A stretch of DNA of 64,000 nt, taken from positions 35,865-99,864 of IMG/VR virus record IMGVR_UViG_3300027816_000081; one strand, 5' to 3'. The notes beneath the pieces were generated by a model that did no database searches, had not been told where the DNA came from, and was given only the letters and a program-made list of their open reading frames with translations. Positions 28,629-37,433 of this stretch are shown here, one piece after another. The stretch comes from a virus. The position numbers and the translations under genes are program-made. Position 1 is the stretch's first letter, and each line of letters starts with the position of its first letter.

Positions 28629-28718
28629 TTGTTTTCTCCTTATAGTTGCGGGTTCTAGCCGCTACGCAGTGGGTTCTGCATAAACGTTCTCACTTGTTGA
28701 GAACGTGTAATGTATTTA
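28629..28718 (-). promoter_or_regulatory. Late promoter plus three-hairpin structured 5' leader
   Basis: Stems 28684-28706, 28663-28682 and 28648-28662 between TAAATA and the SD. Confidence 0.65.
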
Positions 28719-28734
28719 TCTTTATTGCGAAAAA

Positions 28735-29157
28735 TTAAGGAGCCCAGGGTCTACCTTCAAGTAGTCCCAATGGGTGTGGGTTAGGAGTAGAAACGTTTCC
28801 TATATACTGTGAGGGCAATTCTGTAATATCGTAAACATTATATGGATTGCCATCTTGTGTTCTGTCTAGTGTTGCCAAATCTAATTTAGCAAGTTGTCTG
28901 TCCTGTAATGTAGGGAGTCTGCCTATTAAATTACCAGTGCCTAAAACAGAACCATCTATGATATTATAACTAACAAGAGTGTTGGCATCATCTAACACTT
29001 CTTCATTAAAATTGACATTATACCAAGTTGAATCAGTACCGGTCGCAGTGTCAATGGTAGATTTTAATGTGGCAACGGTAATACCATCACTGACTGTATA
29101 CTCATCAAACTGTCCCGCGTTCAATAAGCTTTGAACGGTGATAGTAATAGTTGCCAT
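28735..29157 (-). CDS. Ubiquitin-like (beta-grasp) domain protein with C-terminal extension
   Basis: TVATLKSTI...G...FNEEVLDDANTLVSYNIIDGSVL parallels ubiquitin TIENVKAKI...G...[23 protein letters not shown]. Confidence 0.72.
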   Translation of the reverse strand: MATITITVQSLLNAGQFDEYTVSDGITVATLKSTIDTATGTDSTWYNVNFNEEVLDDANTLVSYNIIDGSVLGTGNLIGRLPTLQDRQLAKLDLATLDRTQDGNPYNVYDITELPSQYIGNVSTPNPHPLGLLEGRPWAP

Positions 29158-32100
29158 TATAGTCTACCTACTGCGACCTCAATTATGCCCTCATGACCAT
29201 CAAAGTCTTGTAATGCTTTACCAATAACTGTACCGATTGACGGGGACATATTTGATTTTGCGAAGCCACCGCCGGCTGAAACAAGCATATCACCCTTAGT
29301 AATCTTTCCGCGAACTTTACATGGTACACGACCCTGTAGCGCAATTGCAGTTAATAATCCTGGACATGTAGAGTTCATTACATAGGCTGGGTTGGTAGAT
29401 ACGACACCGGCTACTCTGTTAGTTTCGTCTTCTGCTAGAGAGACTTCCTTTTCGCCCCCGAACATTAATACGGTACCCGGAGTATAAATGTCATCGGCTT
29501 CATAGTATTCTGCAAGGTCAGCGTAGGTAGCTTGCAGTCTGGAACCACTAGTCAGTGTCCAGTTACCTGTAATTGTGCCGGCTGTAGTGTTTGCACCAGC
29601 AGTGATGTTCGTTGTAGTTAGCGCGCCGCTTACATTTAATGAGGTGAGTGTACCAACACTCGTGATATTAGGTTGGGCTGCTGTTGTCACAGTACCGGCA
29701 GTAGTTGCACTAGTGGCACTTGATACAGTACCCGTTACATTAGCGCCCGCAACCAATCCATTGAAAGTAACATTACTTGCTGTTTGTGTGATGGAGCCAA
29801 CCGGGGTGCTTGCAGCATTGAAGAACGTCATTAGGTTAGTAACGTCAACTGTTGGCTGCAGGGCCAAACCATATAATGTGCCGCCGCCGGTAAATCTGAT
29901 ACCCACTGCACTACTTGCGCCACCAATTTGAGTATAACCTCCTATTTCAAGTGCATTGCTAGTAGAAGTCATACTAGTTTTACCTGATACAGTAAGACTT
30001 GATAGCGTACCGGTTGAGGTAATGTTAGGCTGTGCTGCCGTTGTTACTGTGCCTGCGGTAGTTGCTGAGCTTACTGTACCGGTAACATTTGCGCCGGCAA
30101 TTGCACTCAAGCCACTACCATTACCAGTGAATACACCAGTATTTGCAGTAATGTTTGCAGCAGTGATATTACCACTAACACCCAATGATGTTAATGTACC
30201 AACGCTTGTGATGTTTGGCTGTGCTGCTGTTGTTACTGTACCAGCAGTTGTTGCAGCGCCTGACAGTGAACCAACGAATGTAGTAGAAGTGACACTAGAT
30301 AGGCCATCAACAGTTGTAACGGTAGAACCTAACGTCAACGCCGTGCTACCTAAAGTTACACTTGCATTCGCTAGTCTTGCTTGAGCAAGAGTTCCTGTTG
30401 AAATATTACTTGCATTCAACGCAGATAGACCACTACCATTGCCCGTAAACACACCTGTATTAGCAGTAAATGCAGGGGCAGTTATTGTACCGGCTACGTT
30501 TAAAGCCGCACTGACATTGGTGTTAGTAGCGTTTAAGAAAATAGTAGCAGTATTTGATACTGATTGTATTCTAATACCAGTGTTTCCGCTTGCCCAAGGA
30601 GCAATAGTTAAGTTTGCATTTCCTATAGCAGACGAGTTGCCAAAAGTAATTAATGTATCGTCTGCTGCGGTCAAGGTATTGTATGATCCGGCACCCGCTC
30701 TAGGAATAAGTGCAATATCCTGAGTACCATTTACCGCTCTTATTATCTTAGTAATTGAAGCAGCGGCTGAGGAATCTGTAGACACTACACCAGTAGTACC
30801 TGAAACAGCAAGTGTAGTTAACGTACCAACACTAGTAATATTAGGTTGTGCTGCTGTAGTGAGTGTGCCGGCTAATAGTGTTGCTGATAGCGCACCAGTT
30901 GCAGCATTAAAAGATAAGTTTGCGTTGGCAGCTAATGCTCTGTTTCCAGTAGAACTACTATTCACAAATACTGGGAAGAAAGTTCCTGTAGTTTGGGCAG
31001 TTACTACTCCAAAATCAGACACGTTGGCATATGAAACATTTAAGTTTGCTACACGAGTAGTAGAAGTGACTGTTAGTGGTGCTGTGCCAGTAGCAATGTT
31101 TGATATCATCTGAGTTGAAGTTACAATACCTGACGCATTCAAGTTTCCAACGTTAGCATTGCCTACAATGCCTAGTACCTTAGGACTTGCTCCAAAGTTC
31201 CAAGTAAAGTCGGCATCGCCATCTAACAAATTACTGTTGTTAAATTGTACTGTAGTGTTTGAACCTGCTGCACCGCTGCCGCCTCCGCCCGATGATACGG
31301 ATGCAATTGCGCGGCCTCCGGTAGCATATACATTAGCTCCGGTCAACGTAGCCGTAGCTAGCACTTTAATGTTACCTGCTACACCATTTGCTAATAATTC
31401 TTCTGATACAGTAATCGTTGTTCCGCTAGGCTTAGCTTTAATGTAGTATGAAACATTATTTTCTAGTCCACTAGTACTCAAATCTCCCAAGAAAAGAACT
31501 TCTTGGTTTAGATTGAATACTGCTGAGTTACCTATTGTAACTCTATTAGTTGACGCAGATGTGGAAGTTGCAGTAGTATAAGAATATGTGTTATTAGTAA
31601 ATGCAATAGAATTTACCGGGGTAGTTAAGCTAGGATCACTGTACAGTGAGAAAGTATTAGACGTTAATACATTAGCATAATAAGTATTACCATTTAGGTC
31701 AGTCATTCCTGCTGCATTTGTGATTGTGATTTCTGCGCCGTCAGTAAAGAAGTTGTCCTGCGTGGTAGTGACTACAGCTGGATTAGCAGTAGTAACGTTC
31801 TGAATAAAAGCGATAACAGTTGATTTAGGTGTCCAAGACAAATTACCCAAACCATCAGTCTCAAGAACATAACCGATTGCGCCGCCCGTAATCTTCACAT
31901 TAGATGCATCGCCTAATGTGATCAAGCCGCCGGCATCGCCGCCGCGATTGACCCAATTGTTTCCGTCAAATGTTAAGACTTGCCCATCAGCAACCGTAAC
32001 GTTACTGATATTTAAATTACCAACCGAACCATTGAGTTGGCTGTAATTAATCTGAGAGTATGAAGTCAATACTTCAATATTTTCGTTGGGGGTGGTTTTA

Positions 32101-32216
32101 CCGATAAAGAGACGCTTAGCGTCACTTGCCCAACCAAACTCTGCTTCGTCTAGTTGAGGTAAGTCAACTAGATTACCGGAACGTTGCTGAATCTTTGAAA
32201 TTTGGATAATTGCCAT
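29157..32216 (-). CDS. Tail fibre (1019 aa) with AQPNITSVGTL repeats and C-terminal chaperone-like domain
   Basis: N-terminal IQ.R.G...LPQL...EFGW..D..RLFIG virion-attachment motif; same repeats and YADLAEYY C-terminus as the 2170-aa fibre. Confidence 0.85.
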   Translation of the reverse strand: MAIIQISKIQQRSGNLVDLPQLDEAEFGWASDAKRLFIGKTTPNENIEVLTSYSQINYSQLNGSVGNLNISNVTVADGQVLTFDGNNWVNRGGDAGGLITLGDASNVKITGGAIGYVLETDGLGNLSWTPKSTVIAFIQNVTTANPAVVTTTQDNFFTDGAEITITNAAGMTDLNGNTYYANVLTSNTFSLYSDPSLTTPVNSIAFTNNTYSYTTATSTSASTNRVTIGNSAVFNLNQEVLFLGDLSTSGLENNVSYYIKAKPSGTTITVSEELLANGVAGNIKVLATATLTGANVYATGGRAIASVSSGGGGSGAAGSNTTVQFNNSNLLDGDADFTWNFGASPKVLGIVGNANVGNLNASGIVTSTQMISNIATGTAPLTVTSTTRVANLNVSYANVSDFGVVTAQTTGTFFPVFVNSSSTGNRALAANANLSFNAATGALSATLLAGTLTTAAQPNITSVGTLTTLAVSGTTGVVSTDSSAAASITKIIRAVNGTQDIALIPRAGAGSYNTLTAADDTLITFGNSSAIGNANLTIAPWASGNTGIRIQSVSNTATIFLNATNTNVSAALNVAGTITAPAFTANTGVFTGNGSGLSALNASNISTGTLAQARLANASVTLGSTALTLGSTVTTVDGLSSVTSTTFVGSLSGAATTAGTVTTAAQPNITSVGTLTSLGVSGNITAANITANTGVFTGNGSGLSAIAGANVTGTVSSATTAGTVTTAAQPNITSTGTLSSLTVSGKTSMTSTSNALEIGGYTQIGGASSAVGIRFTGGGTLYGLALQPTVDVTNLMTFFNAASTPVGSITQTASNVTFNGLVAGANVTGTVSSATSATTAGTVTTAAQPNITSVGTLTSLNVSGALTTTNITAGANTTAGTITGNWTLTSGSRLQATYADLAEYYEADDIYTPGTVLMFGGEKEVSLAEDETNRVAGVVSTNPAYVMNSTCPGLLTAIALQGRVPCKVRGKITKGDMLVSAGGGFAKSNMSPSIGTVIGKALQDFDGHEGIIEVAVGRL

Positions 32217-32258
32217 AAGTGTATTCTTTACCTACTGAATACACTTATTTATGCTTGG

Positions 32259-32942
32259 TTAGAGGAACTTGGTGTAGTATTCCTCTACTCGCTTCCACCA
32301 ACGGTCTGACCAAGTATCAAACTCATTACCTTCTACGATAAACTCTTGATATTGATTGTCGGCACTGCACATAAAGATTACACCCTTGCGAATCTTAGTG
32401 CCATAGACTTCATTGTGAGCGTTTGCATATGCTGTTAGCTGCAAGAAATAGTCCTCAATCCATTCACGCTTCTTGGGTTTGTTAGTCTGCTTGTGGTCCA
32501 TGATAGCTTCGTCGCTACCATGCATGCCAACTAAGTCCGTGGTCCCAGCATAAACTTTAGGAAAATATAGAGATACTTCCGTACCCCAGAACTCGGGGCA
32601 GTTGGATAAGCCTTGAGATATGATTGTATGCGCCATCGTATGTGATTGCTTGCTATACGGATTGCTTCCGGGCTCACCAGTTTCTCCTTTAAGAACATAG
32701 TTCTCAAGATACTTATGCATTCTGGTGCCTCTTCCGGCTGCTTCGGCTGTAATTTCTTTAGCTTTTTGTTCGCCCACTCTGCGACGCCATTCAATCAATG
32801 CTTTCTTTGCTTCTAGTGGTTTGGTTGCGTCAAGAATCGTAGTGACACTTGGAAGTTTCTCGCCGTCAGGGGCGACATACTTACGTCCTTCAGTAGTTGT
32901 TTCACGCTTCATTTCAGCGTAGGGGAATTTTGCTGTTAACAT
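32259..32942 (-). CDS. PD-(D/E)xK exonuclease
   Basis: LPSVTTIL, RGTRMH, E..LY...YAGTTD, IMDHKQT, YFLQLTAYA; start ATG 32942 overlapping upstream TAA. Confidence 0.85.
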   Translation of the reverse strand: MLTAKFPYAEMKRETTTEGRKYVAPDGEKLPSVTTILDATKPLEAKKALIEWRRRVGEQKAKEITAEAAGRGTRMHKYLENYVLKGETGEPGSNPYSKQSHTMAHTIISQGLSNCPEFWGTEVSLYFPKVYAGTTDLVGMHGSDEAIMDHKQTNKPKKREWIEDYFLQLTAYANAHNEVYGTKIRKGVIFMCSADNQYQEFIVEGNEFDTWSDRWWKRVEEYYTKFL

Positions 32943-33703
32943 TATAATATCCAGTCTCCGCGGCCCAAATTGCGGGCCCATGTTTGTTCTGATTGTGTGT
33001 AGAAGTCTTTAATTTTTAGGTATTCAGATGGTTCAACTGTAACGTTATACCTATCAGTTAATTGGTTGTATAGATATTCAGCAATTGATACTTGTGCAAC
33101 TGCATCATCATGTCCACAAGGCAACTTACCTAAAGTCCCGTTAAAGTCCAAATAGTCCTTGACATGATTATAATCATTCATCGTATAGTCAAACAATTTT
33201 GGATGTAATTGATTAAGCTCATTATCAATATCTTGGCCATTGGCAAGCATATCAACTGTAAGATAATTGATGTTATTTGCTTTAAACAGATTGATTATAG
33301 ATAACCAAATATCTAATTTTTGCTTTGCTAATATAAGAGGATCTGAATTATTTCGCAACAGACTCAATAATTGTGCTTCCCAAAATTGACTAGGGGGTTT
33401 ACCGATTAAATTGAGAGCAACGTAATCATTACGCTTTCTTAGATATTGCTCTAAGCGAGTGCATGAAGTCATGCCTATAATATAAAATGGATTGCTACCC
33501 GTGTCCTTAAAGAAATAATCCACAGATTTGCGATAGATTCTAAAGTTACTAGTTCCACCTAAAGCAATGTTTACAACTGGAACGCCTAACTTTTGTGCGA
33601 GTAAAGCAGGCCATCCTTGTGTGGCAGGACTGTCCAATCCCTCACAATAGGTAAAACTACACCCGTTAACCACTAAGTGAGAAATCGTTATTTCTTTTTT
33701 CAT
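32942..33703 (-). CDS. SGNH/GDSL-hydrolase-like protein
   Basis: VNGCSFT (block I), WPALLA, NIALGGTSN (block II), C-terminal CGH; promoter TTGCTT-N17-TAACAT. Confidence 0.65.
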   Translation of the reverse strand: MKKEITISHLVVNGCSFTYCEGLDSPATQGWPALLAQKLGVPVVNIALGGTSNFRIYRKSVDYFFKDTGSNPFYIIGMTSCTRLEQYLRKRNDYVALNLIGKPPSQFWEAQLLSLLRNNSDPLILAKQKLDIWLSIINLFKANNINYLTVDMLANGQDIDNELNQLHPKLFDYTMNDYNHVKDYLDFNGTLGKLPCGHDDAVAQVSIAEYLYNQLTDRYNVTVEPSEYLKIKDFYTQSEQTWARNLGRGDWIL

Positions 33704-33749
33704 TATTTTTTATGTTACACGATATGCTATACAAAAGCAACAGTTATGG

Positions 33750-34085
33750 TTAAGTTTTCATAGCTCTTTTGGCCATTTGAGCAACAGTTTTCTTGTCGTC
33801 GCTCTCAGGAGCATCATAGTTGGGGCTGGATTCTTCTTGACCCACAAATACTACTTTATCGCCCTGAATATTCTTAATTACAGTTTTGAGTGGGGGAACT
33901 TTGATCATGTTATATAGATCGTTAACATCTAATATAACATCATACTTTTGGAAGTAGTCCAATAATTGATCAACGGTGTAATCGGTACCGATCTCTCCGT
34001 CTTCTAAATCTTGCTTTAATTGACTGGTCAAGGCAACGATCTTTGCTACAAGAGCATCACCTTGATCAAGCTCAAACAGAAACAT
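33750..34085 (-). CDS. Hypothetical late protein
   Basis: MFLFE propeptide-like start; coupled to upstream gene. Confidence 0.65.
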   Translation of the reverse strand: MFLFELDQGDALVAKIVALTSQLKQDLEDGEIGTDYTVDQLLDYFQKYDVILDVNDLYNMIKVPPLKTVIKNIQGDKVVFVGQEESSPNYDAPESDDKKTVAQMAKRAMKT

Positions 34086-34801
34086 TATCTTTTTGCACGA
34101 CCTGCTGCCGCAAGAGGTGCTTCTTCTTCATCGTCCATATCAGGAACAGGAGGAAGATCAAGATCGCCTTCAGGAGCATTCAATGCTGCTTCGTCATCAG
34201 CACCTAGATCAGCACCCATTTCTGCACCCATATCTGCATCCATTTCAGGTGCACCTGCTGCAAATGCATCGCCTGCACCCTGACCAGTTAATCCACCCAA
34301 TGCACCCTTAAGTGCAGTCTGTGCTTCTTGAAGTGAAGCATTCAATGTGGTTAGTGCTTGATTAGCTGCTTGGTTGAACGAGTCGCTTTCGTTTGCGCCG
34401 ATTTCGCTCTGGATTGAGTCAACAAGTGCTGGAAGTTCCTTAACGAGCATGTCATTAACATCTTCGTACATCTTCTGCACAGTGTCAATCATGTCCTGTG
34501 CAGCAAGGATAACCTGTGACTTTTCAACTTCTTCGTTCTCAACAACGATACGAGGGGCCTTAGCAACCTTCATATGCTGAGATAGGGCCTGTTCCATAAA
34601 CACAAGCTTCAAGTAAGCAGGGTTATGCTGAGCCTTGTGGAACTCAGGTGAACGCTTTGATTCGCCGATAAGCTTCTTTACCTTGTTGAGCATAGCAGCG
34701 GTCTTTGGCTTGTCTAGGCTTGACACATCAAAGTCCATAGCAAAGTTTTCTTTTAGTGCCTTTACAGGGGCGTTTGCAGTATCTAAATCAGTAAGTTTCA
34801 T
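34085..34801 (-). CDS. Putative prohead core/scaffold-like protein
   Basis: Helical, acidic tail, LKE/VVE sites, late promoter. Confidence 0.5.
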   Translation of the reverse strand: MKLTDLDTANAPVKALKENFAMDFDVSSLDKPKTAAMLNKVKKLIGESKRSPEFHKAQHNPAYLKLVFMEQALSQHMKVAKAPRIVVENEEVEKSQVILAAQDMIDTVQKMYEDVNDMLVKELPALVDSIQSEIGANESDSFNQAANQALTTLNASLQEAQTALKGALGGLTGQGAGDAFAAGAPEMDADMGAEMGADLGADDEAALNAPEGDLDLPPVPDMDDEEEAPLAAAGRAKR

Positions 34802-34832
34802 AGGTTAGTCTTCCGTGTTGATATAGTATTTA

Positions 34833-35318
34833 TCACAGGTATTTAAATTTATGTTCTTTCTTGGTATTGAACTTTCTGCCCTGCAATGTCTTTGAATTAT
34901 TTATGTAAGTATCAATCTCTTTGATCACTGTTCTTCTTTTGAACGAGTCTTCCTGTAGCTTTATTTTGTATAGAAGCTTGGCATCAGAATCATTTGCTGC
35001 TTTTAATAGTTTACGATGTACTGCAATATCGGTGTATAAGCTGCAAAGCTTTAGGTCTAATGAGTGAAGCCTACGAGAATCAACATATTTGTTGCTGTCA
35101 AGTAAAATACACCAAGCCATAGCATACTTTAATGACGAAAACTCTACTGCCTCTTTTGTTTTGAAATCAGTTACTAAAAAGTATGACTTCTTTGGTTCAA
35201 TCATGAATCTACCAAATAGTTCATATACCCCATTATTAGAGACTATCAAGATTTTCTTTGCATCTTCAAGCTCTTGATCAAAGAATTTAGCTAGTTTGGA
35301 TATCTTTAGGTTAATCAT
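34833..35318 (-). CDS. Hypothetical protein
   Basis: 161-aa ORF in late operon. Confidence 0.7.
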   Translation of the reverse strand: MINLKISKLAKFFDQELEDAKKILIVSNNGVYELFGRFMIEPKKSYFLVTDFKTKEAVEFSSLKYAMAWCILLDSNKYVDSRRLHSLDLKLCSLYTDIAVHRKLLKAANDSDAKLLYKIKLQEDSFKRRTVIKEIDTYINNSKTLQGRKFNTKKEHKFKYL

Positions 35319-35761
35319 AAAGCCTCAAAGTAGATGTTTCTTAACTCATCTGTTATATCAAGAAAAGGAGTGATGCCATTAATCTGATTCGGACAAAGTA
35401 TCATAGGAACACCCTCACAATCTTTATAAAGTGCACCAAACGTAACTATACCATTTTCAAAAACGCTTGAGTGATGCACTTCAAATTCAAACTTCCAATA
35501 ATATTGTGTAGTGGTGTCATCTATATTAAACAAAAATCCAAACTTATCTAAGTCTGTTTCTTTAAGTTGAAACTTTGCTGGCGCCTTTGTAATGTCAGGT
35601 TGAGAGCGTAATGATATGACTTGTAGTATCGTATCGAAGTTGCATTGTGTATTTCTTTTTAAAATCCAATCTTGCACATCGGCTTCTTGTGGCTTTGACC
35701 TATTTAGGACGCCAGTTTGGGTAATATCAAAAAGTGTATAACAACATATACGATGTGACAT
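35315..35761 (-). CDS. Hypothetical protein
   Basis: TLFDIT.TG, RNTQCNFDT.LQVISLRSQP; TAAATA-N5-ATG. Confidence 0.75.
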   Translation of the reverse strand: MSHRICCYTLFDITQTGVLNRSKPQEADVQDWILKRNTQCNFDTILQVISLRSQPDITKAPAKFQLKETDLDKFGFLFNIDDTTTQYYWKFEFEVHHSSVFENGIVTFGALYKDCEGVPMILCPNQINGITPFLDITDELRNIYFEAL

Positions 35762-35778
35762 ATATGTATTTAGATAAT

Positions 35779-35809
35779 AAAAAGCCCGGAGACAATAATA
35801 TCCCCGGGC
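35779..35809 (-). terminator. Rho-independent terminator
   Basis: GCCCGGGGATA/TGTCTCCGGGC stem plus U5. Confidence 0.8.
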
Positions 35810-35834
35810 CTTCGTAGATTAGTTTTACTAACTA

Positions 35835-36209
35835 TTAGTTAGTGAAAGTTGCAGTTGCAGTTACAGCAACGTTTGCTGAAGTCCATGCATTTGACAAAGC
35901 GTTGTCAAGTGTAGTGGTTGTCCATGCACCAACTGGATATACAGCAACAGCTAGAGTGTCATCAGTTGCGTTGGTGTATTCGTACATGTATACAGTTGCA
36001 AGCTGCTGAACAGTTTGGAATACTGCATTGATGTTGTCAGCTACCTGTGAACCATTACCAGTGATGGTGAAGAACTCAAGCTTTGGACCCTGAGGCTGTA
36101 CAGTTACAGCAGAATCAATTGCTGAGGTTGAACCTTCGTTGGTGTATGCTGGTGCATCCAAGTGTAGAACTTGCTGGAAGTCACCGTTGACGCGAGTAAA
36201 TTGTGCCAT
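35835..36209 (-). CDS. Small abundant virion protein (possible head decoration)
   Basis: Monocistronic: late promoter, 5' UUCG hairpin, AAGGA SD, own terminator. Confidence 0.6.
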   Translation of the reverse strand: MAQFTRVNGDFQQVLHLDAPAYTNEGSTSAIDSAVTVQPQGPKLEFFTITGNGSQVADNINAVFQTVQQLATVYMYEYTNATDDTLAVAVYPVGAWTTTTLDNALSNAWTSANVAVTATATFTN

Positions 36210-36287
36210 TTTCGTTTTCCTTATATAAATGTGAGCCGAAGCTCATACTATTATTTATGCCTGAACGAAAAAAACACCGGTTTTGGG

Positions 36288-37433
36288 TTAGCGGCCTGCA
36301 AGATTTTGTCGTGAAAAGCCCATTCTATCTACAAACTTTAAGCCCTGACTCACGAAGCCTTCTTGGGTCTGTGTGCCATCTTGCAGATAGCCCTTAACAG
36401 GACTATTCTCTGCTGCCTTGTTAAGTTGCTCTACTACTGCCATCTTAAGATTGTAAATAGCAATCCAGACCTTGAATGCACCCAATAGTCCTTCCTTATT
36501 TTCTTGTAAGTGTTCGTTGATCTTAGCCTTCATCTTATCACTCATAGGGCGACTTTCAACGTGCTCCATGAATCCTCTGATAAGATTAGAAAGATTGCCT
36601 GATACAATTTTCTTATTGATGTATGTTGTGAACAACTGGTTGAATGTGTTCCTTGCTTGTGGAGCAGTGTTCATCAAATCACTGATAGCTGGGCCATATT
36701 GATTTAACTCACGTTCAGCGATGTTTACTAGACGTTTGGGAAGCTTCAACCTCGGAGTGATTGGCATCTTACTAGGAACAATAGCAACGTTGCTCGTGTT
36801 CTGTAGATTACCAATAGTACCATTCAATGGTGTAGCATCATCTGTACTAGCTGCATTAGCAGGAATAAACTGGTGAACAGCGATACCGGCTACTTTATCA
36901 GCTAACAGTTTACCTACGTCACTGTCGGTGTCAACAGTATATGCAATACCATTTGGATTGGCTCTAAACTTGAATACCCCATTTTCATCCTCTAATGGTC
37001 TGCTGAATAGAAGATCGCCCCAATAATAGCCGTTAGAGCCTCTATCTTCTGCTTCTAGACCAGGCCAAATTGTGTTAATTAGATTATACAATTCGCCGCG
37101 GTCAACACCTCTAGCTTTATCATATTCAACAAATGCTTTGGGACTGAATACTTGTCTACCAGAGCCATCTTTTTTATTGAACATGTGCTTATCCATTATA
37201 GTAAAGTTACCGTCAGGTCCTCTACCAAAAATTAATGCAGGATAACCATCCCATTTAATAGTAACTGTTTGTGGATTTTCAACTGTTTGAACGATAGCTT
37301 GAATAGCTCGTCTTGCGCCAGCTTCATCATCTAAAAATACCAAATCTTCTGGGTGGTCTAAGTGACCTTTAGCTTCCACAATAACTGTGTTGATTTCTTC
37401 AAGCTTGTTTAGTAATGATCTTATATCACTCAT
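36288..37433 (-). CDS. Ligase-like nucleotidyltransferase (DUF6267-like)
   Basis: HLDHPED, TIKWDGYP (KxDG motif I), WGDLLF, EGFV (motif IV), KFVDR..FS (motif V). Confidence 0.65.
   Translation of the reverse strand: MSDIRSLLNKLEEINTVIVEAKGHLDHPEDLVFLDDEAGARRAIQAIVQTVENPQTVTIKWDGYPALIFGRGPDGNFTIMDKHMFNKKDGSGRQVFSPKAFVEYDKARGVDRGELYNLINTIWPGLEAEDRGSNGYYWGDLLFSRPLEDENGVFKFRANPNGIAYTVDTDSDVGKLLADKVAGIAVHQFIPANAASTDDATPLNGTIGNLQNTSNVAIVPSKMPITPRLKLPKRLVNIAERELNQYGPAISDLMNTAPQARNTFNQLFTTYINKKIVSGNLSNLIRGFMEHVESRPMSDKMKAKINEHLQENKEGLLGAFKVWIAIYNLKMAVVEQLNKAAENSPVKGYLQDGTQTQEGFVSQGLKFVDRMGFSRQNLAGR

Noticed and set aside
31640-31800. Fibre segment resembling the E1 FCCH domain next to a Ubl gene, suggesting a conjugation system
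   Set aside because: This is a small beta module common in phage structural proteins; no E1 adenylation domain, E2 or JAB protease is visible in the window
1694-32216. Diversity-generating retroelement acting on the two similar fibre C-termini
   Set aside because: No reverse transcriptase seen; differences between copies are not adenine-specific
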